Source: Patescibacteria group bacterium
GTDB lineage: Bacteria > Patescibacteriota > Microgenomatia > Levybacterales > GWA1-39-11
NCBI GenBank assembly: GCA_035545675.1
Contig: DASZYA010000029.1
Span: 1-59,429 of the forward strand
Length of the DNA: 59,429 nucleotides
Direction of reading: 5' to 3'
Below the pieces are notes generated by a model that made no database searches, had not been told where the DNA came from, and worked only from the letters and a program-made list of their open reading frames with translations. Position 1 is the stretch's first letter. Every line of letters begins with the position of its first letter. A program made the position numbers and the translations under genes. Positions 1 to 8,377 of this stretch are shown piece after piece.

Positions 1-176
1 CTGCAACCTAAGAATTGTGCGTTTACTTACATTACAGAGCACGAGGTTTAGGGCATCCCGATAATATCGGGAAGATATCGACGAATATCGAAATCTAGAT
101 AGATGATAGTCTTCCTCCGTTGCCGAAAGGCTATGGGAGGATAAGGAAACAGAATCTGGCTTACTATCTTCCTGGC
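1..176 (+). ncRNA. rnpB: RNase P RNA, 3' portion (5' part lies outside the window)
   Basis: 96-111 TAGATAGATGATAGTC and 149-164 ACAGAATCTGGCTTAC match the conserved bacterial RNase P RNA strings UAGAU(A)GAUGAnUGnC and ACAGAAnnnGGCUUA, as remembered from E. coli and B. subtilis. A hairpin at 113-141 (TCCTCC/GGAGGA) capped by a GAAA tetraloop lies between them, like P19. Confidence 0.8.
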
Positions 177-180
177 AAAA

Positions 181-762
181 TTAAATTTTTATATATTCCT
201 CTAATTCTTTTGCGTCTTCATAAAGAAAAGTTTCAAAACCAAGATCTCTTGCCATCTCTATATTTTTTTCCAAATCATCTATAAACAAAGTTTCAGTGGG
301 TTTTACATTTAATAATTCACATATTAGTTCATACATTTTTGGATCATCTTTTCTCATTTTTACATCAGAAGAAAATACTGTTGCATCAAAAAACCTATCT
401 AGATTAACTGTGTATTTTATTGTTTCCGTTTTATAAGTTGGGGAATCAGATAATATTCCAACCTTATATTTTTTTCTAAGCTTTTCAACGAATCTCCAGA
501 GCTCTTCATCTTTTATAACTTGATTTATGTAGGCGACTCCTTCTTGGATTTTTTCTTTCTTAATTCCAGTTGCGTCATAAACGTCTTCTATAAAAGCATC
601 CTTACTTATTTCGCCCCTGGTTATTTGTTCGTCTGCGGGCTTAATTAATTCAAGTAGTCTCTCATCGGTTAGATGTGTACCACTTTTTAAGATTTCCAAA
701 AATCCAACAAGTGATACTTTGTCTAAAACTCCATGCCAGTCAAAAACAATAGCCTTTCTCAT
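181..762 (-). CDS. HAD-superfamily hydrolase
   Basis: 193-aa ORF with FDWHGVLD (motif I-like), SDSPT (motif II) and FIDDLEKN (motif IV). Confidence 0.75.
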   Translation of the reverse strand: MRKAIVFDWHGVLDKVSLVGFLEILKSGTHLTDERLLELIKPADEQITRGEISKDAFIEDVYDATGIKKEKIQEGVAYINQVIKDEELWRFVEKLRKKYKVGILSDSPTYKTETIKYTVNLDRFFDATVFSSDVKMRKDDPKMYELICELLNVKPTETLFIDDLEKNIEMARDLGFETFLYEDAKELEEYIKI

Positions 763-776
763 TTTTTAATTTTATA

Positions 777-3635
777 TTAATTTGTGCCACATAGCATTTT
801 AAATTCACAATTTACACAAAGTACATTTCCACTACATTTGAATTCACTAGACTCAATCTGATTTATTTTTTCTATTAATTCATCTTCTAATTTTTCCAAA
901 TCAGCGGCCGTAAAGGTCATAGTTTTTTTGGTGTTTTCTTCCAAGAAATATAGAGATAGAGTTATATCTTTTGGATCCCTATTAAGAATCGAATCCCGCA
1001 CTCTTGTTGCTGCTAGAGCATACATTGCAAGTTGTAGTTCGTGTGCCTCATGAGCCTTTGGATTATCTGCCCCGGTTTTGTAATCTATAATTTCTATACC
1101 GTCACCATTTTTGTCTATTCTATCTATCTTTCCAAAAACCTTTACACCATTTTTTAATGTAAATGAGAATGGCATTTCCAGAGCTAGCGGAACAATATTT
1201 TTTGAGCTTTCCGTTTTGTAAAATTCTTTTAATATCTCAATTGCCTGGTTATATCTTTCTTCTTCGTGTTTTTTGTTTTGATAACCATCAGATATCCATT
1301 CCTTTTCGAGAATATTAAGAAGATCTGTCTCATTTGGTTTTAGACCGTCTTGAATCAATTTATAAAAGTTGTACAAAGTATTGTGTAGTGATATTCCGAA
1401 ACTTTGCACAAAAACTGTTGGAGTAGGAATATTAAATATTACCTTTGCTTTGTAATGTAGTGGGCATATATCAAACATCTGAAGATTAGAAAATGTAATA
1501 TAAGACACTTTATATGGGCTTTTGTTTTCAATCTTTTCTTCATCATTTTGATAAGTGGACAAAATTTCTGTAAGTGATAATTGTTGGATTCTTTTACTTG
1601 TTTCTACTTTATCTTTTAGGTGGGGTTGTGCTTCAAAAACGAATGGAGAAATTTTCTTGGCTCTTTTTCCTCCTCCATAATAATCAGCAGCTGTCATGTA
1701 TAAATGTTCTTTGGCGCGCGTTATTCCTACATAGAAAAGTCTTCTCTCCTCCTCTAGATGGAAATCAGAAGCTTCATCTACAACTTCCTTTAGTATTCCG
1801 GGAGGCAAAGGAATCTTTTCCTTTCTTTCACGCGAAGGGAATCTGTCAGAGACAAGATTCACTAAGAATACTACTTTGAACTCCAACCCTTTTGATGCGT
1901 GAACCGTTAAAATGTTTACAGCATTTCTGTCTTTCATGTCTACGTCCGCTGCGGTAGGACTATCTCCCATTTGAAGCATGAGATTTAGCCATTCAACCAA
2001 AACAAAAATATTGCTTTCTGGTCTTTCTGTTTCAAAGTTTTTGATTCTGTCAAAAAATTTAGCAATGTTTTGTACTCTTTTCTCATCCTTTGCAGAGTCC
2101 GTTTTGTTAAGGGTTTCAAATAAGCCAGAGTCTATTAAGAAGTAATAAAGTATTTGCCCTGCTTGATCAGTTTTGCTTCTGGTAACGTGTCTTTCAACCA
2201 TTTCATAAAACTTATTAAGTTTTTCTTTTGTATCTTCTTTTAGAAATGTTTGATCATTATTTCTTAATGCTTCAAACAATGTAAGATTCTTTTTCTTTGC
2301 AAAGTTAAGTAAATAATTCAGATCAATTGGTGATATTGCAAAAATATCCATAGAAAGAACTCTGAACAGAGAAACCGAATCAGAGAGGTTAGTAAGAAAT
2401 GATAGATAAGCAATTAAATCTTTTATTTCTTCTTGTTGAAATAAGTATCCAGGGCCTAAGAATTGATAAGGTATTTTGTAGCGGGTCAGAGCACTTGTAA
2501 TGGGATGCGCATGATTATTTGCGCGAACTAAAATTGCAATATCGCTATACTCATAATTTTTATTTGTTAGGTCTTGAATTGTTTTTGCAATTTTATCTGC
2601 TTCATCTTCAGATCTTAATTCATGGATCAATTCAATTTTGCTTTTTAGAGTCCGAGCGTTACTCTTTAGTTTTTTATCGATTCCCTCAACTATCTCTAGC
2701 CTATTTGGATTATTCTTTTGTATCAGTTGGTACGAGGCATCTAGAATTGCCTGAGTAGATCTGTAGTTATTAGTTAGAGTTATAATTTTTGCAGTAGGAA
2801 AATTCTTTTTAAATTGTAGAACATTAGAGACTGCTGCACCTCTAAATCTATATATTGACTGATCATCATCTGCAACTACTGTTATGTTTTTATCGTCTCC
2901 TGCAAGTAGGATTGCTAGTTCATTTTGAGCAAAATTTGTATCCTGAAATTCATCAACCAAAATTTGTTTGAACATTTTTTGGTATCGTTTTAATATCTCC
3001 GGCCTTTTTCTAAAAAGAAGTAAAACGTTTGATATAAGATCTGAGAAGTCCATTACAGATTCTTTTGTTTTAATTTCTTGATAAGCCTTGAACGCATGGG
3101 CAAGTTCTAGGTATTGATCCTTTTCTATTGTGTCTGATTCTTCTGCCCATTTTATATATTCGTCTGGCGTTATATCTTCGTCCGTTAGTCTTGAGAAGTG
3201 AGTAAGTAGGGCATCTAGAAACTTGGTGGGGTTACCTAGGGGTTTAAATATTTTGAGTCCCAGATTAAATATATTTTGACGCATAAGCAGTACACCTTCT
3301 GCCTCCGTTATCAGCTTATATCCTGGATCAAGACCAATAGCGTGCGCTTCGTCGCGTAGAATCCTGTCGCAGAATGAATGAAAAGTGTGAATCCATAAAT
3401 TTGTATACCCATAAGGTAGAAGAATATCTACTCTTTCCTGCATTTCAAAAGCGGCTTTATCTGTAAAAGTTAGAGCAAGAATGTTTGCTGGCGGAACTTT
3501 TTCGTCTACGATAAGGTATTTAATTCTTTCTGTAATAACGGTGGTTTTACCGGTTCCTGCCCCTGCAATTATTAATAGAGGACCAGATTTGTGTTCTACA
3601 GCTTCCTTTTGTTGTTTATTGAGCTCTCTTGCCAT
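777..3635 (-). CDS. UvrD/PcrA-type ATP-dependent DNA helicase fused to a C-terminal PD-(D/E)XK nuclease with a Cys4 cluster
   Basis: Walker A GAGTGKTT plus DEFQDTN, NNYRST, VHASKGLEF and YVGITRAK. The C-terminal part has IDRID...EIIDYKTG, QLAMY, a Cys in CPLHY and CSGNVLCVNC near the end (AddB/Cas4-like Fe-S arrangement). Confidence 0.85.
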   Translation of the reverse strand: MARELNKQQKEAVEHKSGPLLIIAGAGTGKTTVITERIKYLIVDEKVPPANILALTFTDKAAFEMQERVDILLPYGYTNLWIHTFHSFCDRILRDEAHAIGLDPGYKLITEAEGVLLMRQNIFNLGLKIFKPLGNPTKFLDALLTHFSRLTDEDITPDEYIKWAEESDTIEKDQYLELAHAFKAYQEIKTKESVMDFSDLISNVLLLFRKRPEILKRYQKMFKQILVDEFQDTNFAQNELAILLAGDDKNITVVADDDQSIYRFRGAAVSNVLQFKKNFPTAKIITLTNNYRSTQAILDASYQLIQKNNPNRLEIVEGIDKKLKSNARTLKSKIELIHELRSEDEADKIAKTIQDLTNKNYEYSDIAILVRANNHAHPITSALTRYKIPYQFLGPGYLFQQEEIKDLIAYLSFLTNLSDSVSLFRVLSMDIFAISPIDLNYLLNFAKKKNLTLFEALRNNDQTFLKEDTKEKLNKFYEMVERHVTRSKTDQAGQILYYFLIDSGLFETLNKTDSAKDEKRVQNIAKFFDRIKNFETERPESNIFVLVEWLNLMLQMGDSPTAADVDMKDRNAVNILTVHASKGLEFKVVFLVNLVSDRFPSRERKEKIPLPPGILKEVVDEASDFHLEEERRLFYVGITRAKEHLYMTAADYYGGGKRAKKISPFVFEAQPHLKDKVETSKRIQQLSLTEILSTYQNDEEKIENKSPYKVSYITFSNLQMFDICPLHYKAKVIFNIPTPTVFVQSFGISLHNTLYNFYKLIQDGLKPNETDLLNILEKEWISDGYQNKKHEEERYNQAIEILKEFYKTESSKNIVPLALEMPFSFTLKNGVKVFGKIDRIDKNGDGIEIIDYKTGADNPKAHEAHELQLAMYALAATRVRDSILNRDPKDITLSLYFLEENTKKTMTFTAADLEKLEDELIEKINQIESSEFKCSGNVLCVNCEFKMLCGTN

Positions 3636-3647
3636 TGTAGGTAATAC

Positions 3648-3656
3648 ATTGTACCA
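3648..3656 (-). promoter_or_regulatory. Extended -10 element TGGTACAAT, 12 nt upstream of the helicase ATG
   Basis: The minus strand reads TGGTACAAT-gtattacctaca-ATG. No SD is visible. Confidence 0.4.
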
Positions 3657-3674
3657 CAGCCTTAAAAGGGATAA

Positions 3675-4088
3675 TTACTTAACCATTATAGTACCTGTCT
3701 CTGAGGATTTGAATTGATTATGATAGCCAAAAGTTCCGGTATCATTAAATATTGCCTGAACTGTAGTTCCGTTTGGAAATGATCCTAGATTTAGAAATGG
3801 ATATTTATTATTATTGGGGTACGGATCAGAGTTAACTGTTGCATCTTCTCCGCTACTGTTGATCCAAGAAACGGTTTCTCCTTTGTTTATAGTTATGATT
3901 TTAGGTTCAAAACCATTTTTTGTAACCTTAACATCGTTAATCTTTTTTGGAGTAGGGATAGGGGTTTCATTAGCTTGATCTTCTGTAGAATATTGAGGTT
4001 GATTCGTATTTTTGTTTGAAGCAAGAAATATTCCCCCAATAACAACCACAATGAAAAGAACTAGAATCCAAATTGCTTTATTGCTCAT
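3675..4088 (-). CDS. Membrane-anchored cupredoxin-like domain protein (Cu ligands not evident)
   Basis: N-terminal TM helix. The stretch KGETVSWINSSGEDATVNS...GTFGYHNQF...GTIMV resembles the plastocyanin-like beta-sandwich pattern, but there is no Cys. Confidence 0.45.
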   Translation of the reverse strand: MSNKAIWILVLFIVVVIGGIFLASNKNTNQPQYSTEDQANETPIPTPKKINDVKVTKNGFEPKIITINKGETVSWINSSGEDATVNSDPYPNNNKYPFLNLGSFPNGTTVQAIFNDTGTFGYHNQFKSSETGTIMVK

Positions 4089-4138
4089 ATATTCTCAAAG
4101 TAGCATATTTATTTGAGCTCTGTCAAATAAAATAATGG

Positions 4139-4378
4139 TTGCAAAAAAAGATGATTAAAGATATTATAGTTAAACTTTCCTCTATGGCTAAGCCTAAATT
4201 TAATTTTAAATACACGCTTGAGAACAAAGACACAGATCCCTACACCTCAATTGAAGTTCTGAAAAAAGCTTGGGAAGACTTACCGGAGGACTTCACTTTT
4301 GGAGAGAGATCGCTTTTCATCGAATTAGCAGAAAGAATAATAAAGATAACTGAAGCCCCAGAAAATACAGCAAATTAA
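4139..4378 (+). CDS. Hypothetical small protein (likely starts at ATG 4151)
   Basis: 79-aa ORF with a TTG start in the track and ATG 4 codons in. I recognise no motif. Confidence 0.35.
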   Translation: MQKKMIKDIIVKLSSMAKPKFNFKYTLENKDTDPYTSIEVLKKAWEDLPEDFTFGERSLFIELAERIIKITEAPENTAN

Positions 4379-5355
4379 GCTTGCAACAATTCTTTCTCTT
4401 CTGCTTCGAGATTTTTTGTATTTTTAATCTTATCTCCCAGTCTACTAAAAGAAGTTTCTGCTGTTTTCATCATGTTGTAAGAGTTTGTTATGTGTTTGTT
4501 GAGAGTGTCAAGACTATCTCCAACTTTTTCATACTCTGTTTGAATGGAGCGAAGTGCTGATAATATTTTTTGAGCATGCATCGTAATTTTTTGTCCCTCA
4601 AATCCCATGAGTATTGCTCTTAGAAACGCATAGAAAGTCATAGGAGAGACTGGTAATACACGGTGTTTTTGGGAATAATCAAAAATTGTTGAGTTATTAA
4701 CTATCTCGTAATAAACGGATTCTGATGGAACGTACATTAGGGCATAGTCTATAGTTCCTTCTGCTGGTAATATGTATTTTTTTGCAATGTCATCAATATG
4801 TTTTTTAACATCATTTGTAAATGATTTCTCCGCAATTTTTTTCTCAGCTTCTGTTTCTGACTCATTCATAGCTCTAAAATTTTCCATTGGAAACTTTGAA
4901 TCAATTGGAATAATTCCAGCCTCAGTTTTTATTGCGGCATCAACTATTGACCCACTCTTGAATGCATACTGCATATTGAAAGATGCCTTCGGAAGCATTT
5001 GTGAAAGCAATTCTTTTAAAACCTGTTCTCCAATATTGCCACGTAGTTTTGGGCTTTTTAAAAAATCATTTAAGTCTTTCATGGAGCGCCCAATCTCACT
5101 CATTTCTCCAATATTTTTTTGAACAGCACCAATTACCTGAGCGGCCCTATCTAGTCTTTCATTTAAAGCTTGAGTATTTGAAGCAAGAGTTGAGTTCATG
5201 CTTTTTGAATTTTGGTCAAAACTTACTTGCATAGATTTCATCCACTCTAGCATTGCTTTGTCTTGAGTGCTATTCTGCTTTTTATTTATGAGGTATATAA
5301 CAATTCCAAAGCCAATTATGAGAATTGAAGATATGACGAGCAGGTCAGAATTCAT
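4375..5355 (-). CDS. rmuC: DNA recombination protein RmuC
   Basis: N-terminal TM helix, a coiled region, GNIGEQVLKELL and YALMYVPSESVYYE are typical of the RmuC family. I prefer ATG 5355 (MNSDLLV...) over the track start at 5385. Confidence 0.8.
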   Translation of the reverse strand: MNSDLLVISSILIIGFGIVIYLINKKQNSTQDKAMLEWMKSMQVSFDQNSKSMNSTLASNTQALNERLDRAAQVIGAVQKNIGEMSEIGRSMKDLNDFLKSPKLRGNIGEQVLKELLSQMLPKASFNMQYAFKSGSIVDAAIKTEAGIIPIDSKFPMENFRAMNESETEAEKKIAEKSFTNDVKKHIDDIAKKYILPAEGTIDYALMYVPSESVYYEIVNNSTIFDYSQKHRVLPVSPMTFYAFLRAILMGFEGQKITMHAQKILSALRSIQTEYEKVGDSLDTLNKHITNSYNMMKTAETSFSRLGDKIKNTKNLEAEEKELLQA

Positions 5356-5365
5356 GGTGAGGTAT

Positions 5366-5374
5366 ATTTTACCA
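5366..5374 (-). promoter_or_regulatory. Extended -10 element TGGTAAAAT, 10 nt upstream of the rmuC ATG
   Basis: The minus strand reads TGGTAAAAT-atacctcacc-ATG. Confidence 0.4.
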
Positions 5375-5430
5375 TAATAAATCAAGTTGTTTATAAAATT
5401 TTAACGCTCTTGGTTGAGAAGGACGAGAGT

Positions 5431-5967
5431 TTAGCGAATATTGTTTTTTTCGAGAGTTTTGTAGAGAACTATTGCAAGGGAGACCATTGTATTTATGGAA
5501 ACATTTACTCCAAGCATTGGGAGTTCCACAATTTGATCACAAAGTGTTAAGACCTCTTCGCTTATTCCATGAGTTTCGTTTCCAATAATAAGAGCTACGG
5601 GATAAGAATAATCTGCCTTTGTGTAATCAATGCTTCGCTTATCAAGTTCTATGCCAATAATTTTTATATCTTTTATCTTTGATCTGAGATCTTTAATTGC
5701 ATCCTCAGTTTTTTCAAAGTGTTGCCACTCTGTGAGATCAACGGTGTTGATGGAAGATTTTTTAATTCTAGTATTTGGAGGAGTTTCTGTATATCCGCAA
5801 AGCAATATTTTTTTTGCACCTGTCGCATCAGCTAAACGAAAAACTGCACCAACGTTGTATGTATCAAGCACGTTATCAAGAATTATATAGAGTTCATTTT
5901 TCTTGATTAAATCGTTCTTTAATTTTCCCGTTTCACTCCTTCTGAGTTCTGATGAATTCAGTTTCAT
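5431..5967 (-). CDS. SpoU/TrmH-family RNA 2'-O-methyltransferase
   Basis: VLDTYNVGAVFRLADA, LIIGNETHGIS and the C-terminal knot region VSINTMVSLAIVLY. Confidence 0.8.
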   Translation of the reverse strand: MKLNSSELRRSETGKLKNDLIKKNELYIILDNVLDTYNVGAVFRLADATGAKKILLCGYTETPPNTRIKKSSINTVDLTEWQHFEKTEDAIKDLRSKIKDIKIIGIELDKRSIDYTKADYSYPVALIIGNETHGISEEVLTLCDQIVELPMLGVNVSINTMVSLAIVLYKTLEKNNIR

Positions 5968-5974
5968 ACTAGGT

Positions 5975-5980
5975 ATTATA
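5975..5980 (-). promoter_or_regulatory. -10 box TATAAT 7 nt upstream of the trmH-family ATG (context TGATATATAAT)
   Basis: The minus strand reads TATAAT-acctagt-ATG. No SD is visible. Confidence 0.35.
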
Positions 5981-5999
5981 TATCAAAATGCTTATTCTT

Positions 6000-6157
6000 C
6001 CACTTTTGTGCCGACAAAAGTGGAGTAAAAACTTTCGTCATGCGTTACTCATGCTCTCAAATCTCATTCGTTTATCGGGGAACTTCACCCCTTCCGTATT
6101 CACGGAATTCCCCTGAACACTCAATCGATTTTCATGCATTCCGTACTAAAATGACGA
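6000..6157 (-). ncRNA. Unclassified structured RNA candidate, copy A (5' leader or free-standing sRNA)
   Basis: Outer stem 6035-6041/6151-6157. The 57-nt core 6067-6123 is 48/57 identical to 18650-18706. The hairpin 6093-6106 has a compensatory change relative to copy B. A trailing 10-bp hairpin lies at 6000-6023. Confidence 0.55.
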
Positions 6158-6196
6158 TTAAAATCTAAAAAAATCAATGGAAATTAAAAATTAACA

Positions 6197-6225
6197 AATA
6201 TAAATTATTCTTGGATATTGTCTAA
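6197..6225 (-). promoter_or_regulatory. Sigma70-like promoter TTAGAC-17-TATATT upstream of RNA copy A
   Basis: Hexamers read on the minus strand with hand-counted 17-nt spacing. Confidence 0.3.
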
Positions 6226-6227
6226 TA

Positions 6228-8306
6228 TTAATTAACTTGGGGCTCGGGAGTTTCTGTAGCTTTGGCTTCCGGCTTCTTGTTTGGGTCTACAACGGGAACT
6301 GCTTGTTTTTCTAATTCCGCTTTTGTCCAAACTGCAAAGTCACATTTCGGATAATTTCCACAGCCATAGAAAGTTCTTCCTTTTCTTGTTCTTTTCATTA
6401 CCATTTTTCCTTGATCGCGAGGACAGAGATACCCAGAATCCTCAACGATTGATTCACGGAATTTACACGTTGGGAAGTTACTACATGCTTTAAATTTACC
6501 AAACCTTCCAACTCTTATTACTACATCTCCGCCATCAAGTGGACATATTTCTCCGGTTTTTTCCAGTTTTATTTCAATCTTTTCCTCTTTTTCTGCTTTC
6601 TCTATATGTTTCTCAAGAGGTGTATAAAAGTCTTTTACAATAGGTACCCAACCAATTTTTCCCTCTGCAACTTCATCAAGTTTATCCTCCATGGTTGCCG
6701 TAAAAGGAATATCATCAATCTCTCCAAAATTTTTAACTAAGAAGTTATTTACCATGGTTCCTATTTCTGTTGGTTTAAATCTTCCTTCATCTTTTTCTAC
6801 ATAAAATCTTGCAGTAATAGTAGAGATAATAGGTGCATAGGTAGATGGTCTTCCTATACCGTGTTTTTCTAGGGCACCAATTATTGATGCTTCGTTATAG
6901 CGTGGTGGAGGAGTAGTTTTGTGTAGCGTATTTTTGACCTCTAACAAATTTAAATTATCATTTACGGCAAGCGTTGGTATTAATTGCTCATCATCTTCAT
7001 AAAACCAAACTTTTAGAAATCCATCAAACTTCATAACACGGCCATTTGCTTGGAAAAGATATGTTTTCCCATTTTTACTTTCTACATCAAGCCTACTGGA
7101 TAGAAAAATCGCATCATTCATTTGAGTTGATAAAGCCCTTTTATATATAAGGTTATATAGCTTCGCAAAATCTTTCCCAAGTTTTGCACTTACCGCCTCT
7201 TCATTTTCAAATAAATTAGTTGGTCTTATTGCCTCATGAGCTTCTTGTGCTAGCTTTGATTTTGTTTGGTAGGTACGAGGAGTTTCTGGCAAATATTTTT
7301 TACCAAAGTTTTTTTCAATGTAATCACGTGCTTCACGGAGAAAATCTGCTGATAGATTATAAGAATCGGTTCTGTGATAAGTAATAAAACCTTCTTCGTA
7401 TAATCTTTGTGCAAGACTCATTGTTCTTTTGCTGGGGTATCCAAAGCGGCGGCTAGCCTCCATCTGAAGCATGGATGTTGTAAATGGAGGGTAGGGGGAT
7501 CTTTTAGTTTCTTTTTGAGAAAGATCTGCTACCGTAAATTTTCTTGTTGCTAGTTCTTTCTTGAGATTTTCTGCATCATTTTCTGAAAGCCCGGTTTTTT
7601 TGTAATTGTACTCTCCATCATAAAGTTTGATTGTATTTGTTGATTCAATATTTTCACTATCTATCTTTACAAGCTCCAATGTTATTGGTTCTGTTTTTTT
7701 ATCTTTGTATAGAACTACAAAAACACGAGCAAAATCTTCGCTTTTAAACCTTGCTACTTCTTGTTCTCTTTCTACAATTAGTCTTAAGGCGATTGACTGT
7801 ACGCGTCCTGCTGATAAACCTTTTTTAATTTTCATCCACAAAACCGGAGAGAGTTTGTATCCTACAACACGATCAAGAACTCTTCTTCCGGTTTGAGCTT
7901 CAACAAGATTCATATCAATGTCTTTGGGATGTTCTAGTGCTTCGTTTATTGCACGAGGTGTGATTTCATGAAAAACAATTCTGTCAAATTTTGTTCCCTT
8001 TTTAACTTCATCAGACAAAACTTCTTTAAGATGGAAAGAAATAGCTTCTCCTTCACGATCAGGGTCAGTTGCCAATATTACGCGGTCAACATCTTTTACA
8101 TCGCTTTTTAAGCCTTCAATTATTTTCCTTTTATCTTTAGGAATTACATATTTAGGTTCAAAATTGTGCTCAATATCTACTCCCAAAGCTCCTTTTGGAA
8201 GATCTCTAATGTGTCCCATTGAGGCTTCAATAATATATTTATCCCCCAAAAATCTTGTTAAGGTTTTGGCTTTAGTTGGCGATTCGACAAGTATTAATGA
8301 TTTCAT
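6228..8306 (-). CDS. topA: DNA topoisomerase I
   Basis: TOPRIM N-terminus MKSLILVESPTKAKT, active-site region ITYHRTDS, and two C-terminal Cys4 zinc ribbons. Confidence 0.95.
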   Translation of the reverse strand: MKSLILVESPTKAKTLTRFLGDKYIIEASMGHIRDLPKGALGVDIEHNFEPKYVIPKDKRKIIEGLKSDVKDVDRVILATDPDREGEAISFHLKEVLSDEVKKGTKFDRIVFHEITPRAINEALEHPKDIDMNLVEAQTGRRVLDRVVGYKLSPVLWMKIKKGLSAGRVQSIALRLIVEREQEVARFKSEDFARVFVVLYKDKKTEPITLELVKIDSENIESTNTIKLYDGEYNYKKTGLSENDAENLKKELATRKFTVADLSQKETKRSPYPPFTTSMLQMEASRRFGYPSKRTMSLAQRLYEEGFITYHRTDSYNLSADFLREARDYIEKNFGKKYLPETPRTYQTKSKLAQEAHEAIRPTNLFENEEAVSAKLGKDFAKLYNLIYKRALSTQMNDAIFLSSRLDVESKNGKTYLFQANGRVMKFDGFLKVWFYEDDEQLIPTLAVNDNLNLLEVKNTLHKTTPPPRYNEASIIGALEKHGIGRPSTYAPIISTITARFYVEKDEGRFKPTEIGTMVNNFLVKNFGEIDDIPFTATMEDKLDEVAEGKIGWVPIVKDFYTPLEKHIEKAEKEEKIEIKLEKTGEICPLDGGDVVIRVGRFGKFKACSNFPTCKFRESIVEDSGYLCPRDQGKMVMKRTRKGRTFYGCGNYPKCDFAVWTKAELEKQAVPVVDPNKKPEAKATETPEPQVN

Positions 8307-8345
8307 AAATTTTACAAGAACTAGTATAGCAGGTGGAAGTTAGGG

Positions 8346-8374
8346 ATTGTAAAGTATCAAAAACAATTTTGCAA
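8346..8374 (-). promoter_or_regulatory. Sigma70-like promoter TTGCAA-17-TACAAT for topA
   Basis: Read on the minus strand, immediately after the tsaD stop. Confidence 0.45.
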
Positions 8375-8377
8375 GAT

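Noticed and set aside
57-75. The hairpin loop motif CCCGATAAT(A)TCGGG occurs three times (57-75 in rnpB, 31609-31623 in a terminator, 56487-56498), considered as a repeat family.
   Set aside because: The three contexts are functionally different (an internal RNase P helix and two terminators). The shared part is only a short GC stem with an AT loop, so it is likely coincidental.
1574-3717. ORF-track entries antisense to the helicase gene (1574-1879, 2519-2758, 3481-3717). Similar shadow ORFs lie inside other long genes (for example 4772-5234, 5630-5890, 7627-7896, 8687-9045, 14539-14852, 28224-29394, 47044-47648).
   Set aside because: They lie entirely within, and opposite to, long ORFs that have clear family motifs. 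They have low-complexity or hydrophobic composition typical of antisense frames in AT-rich DNA and no SD or promoter context.
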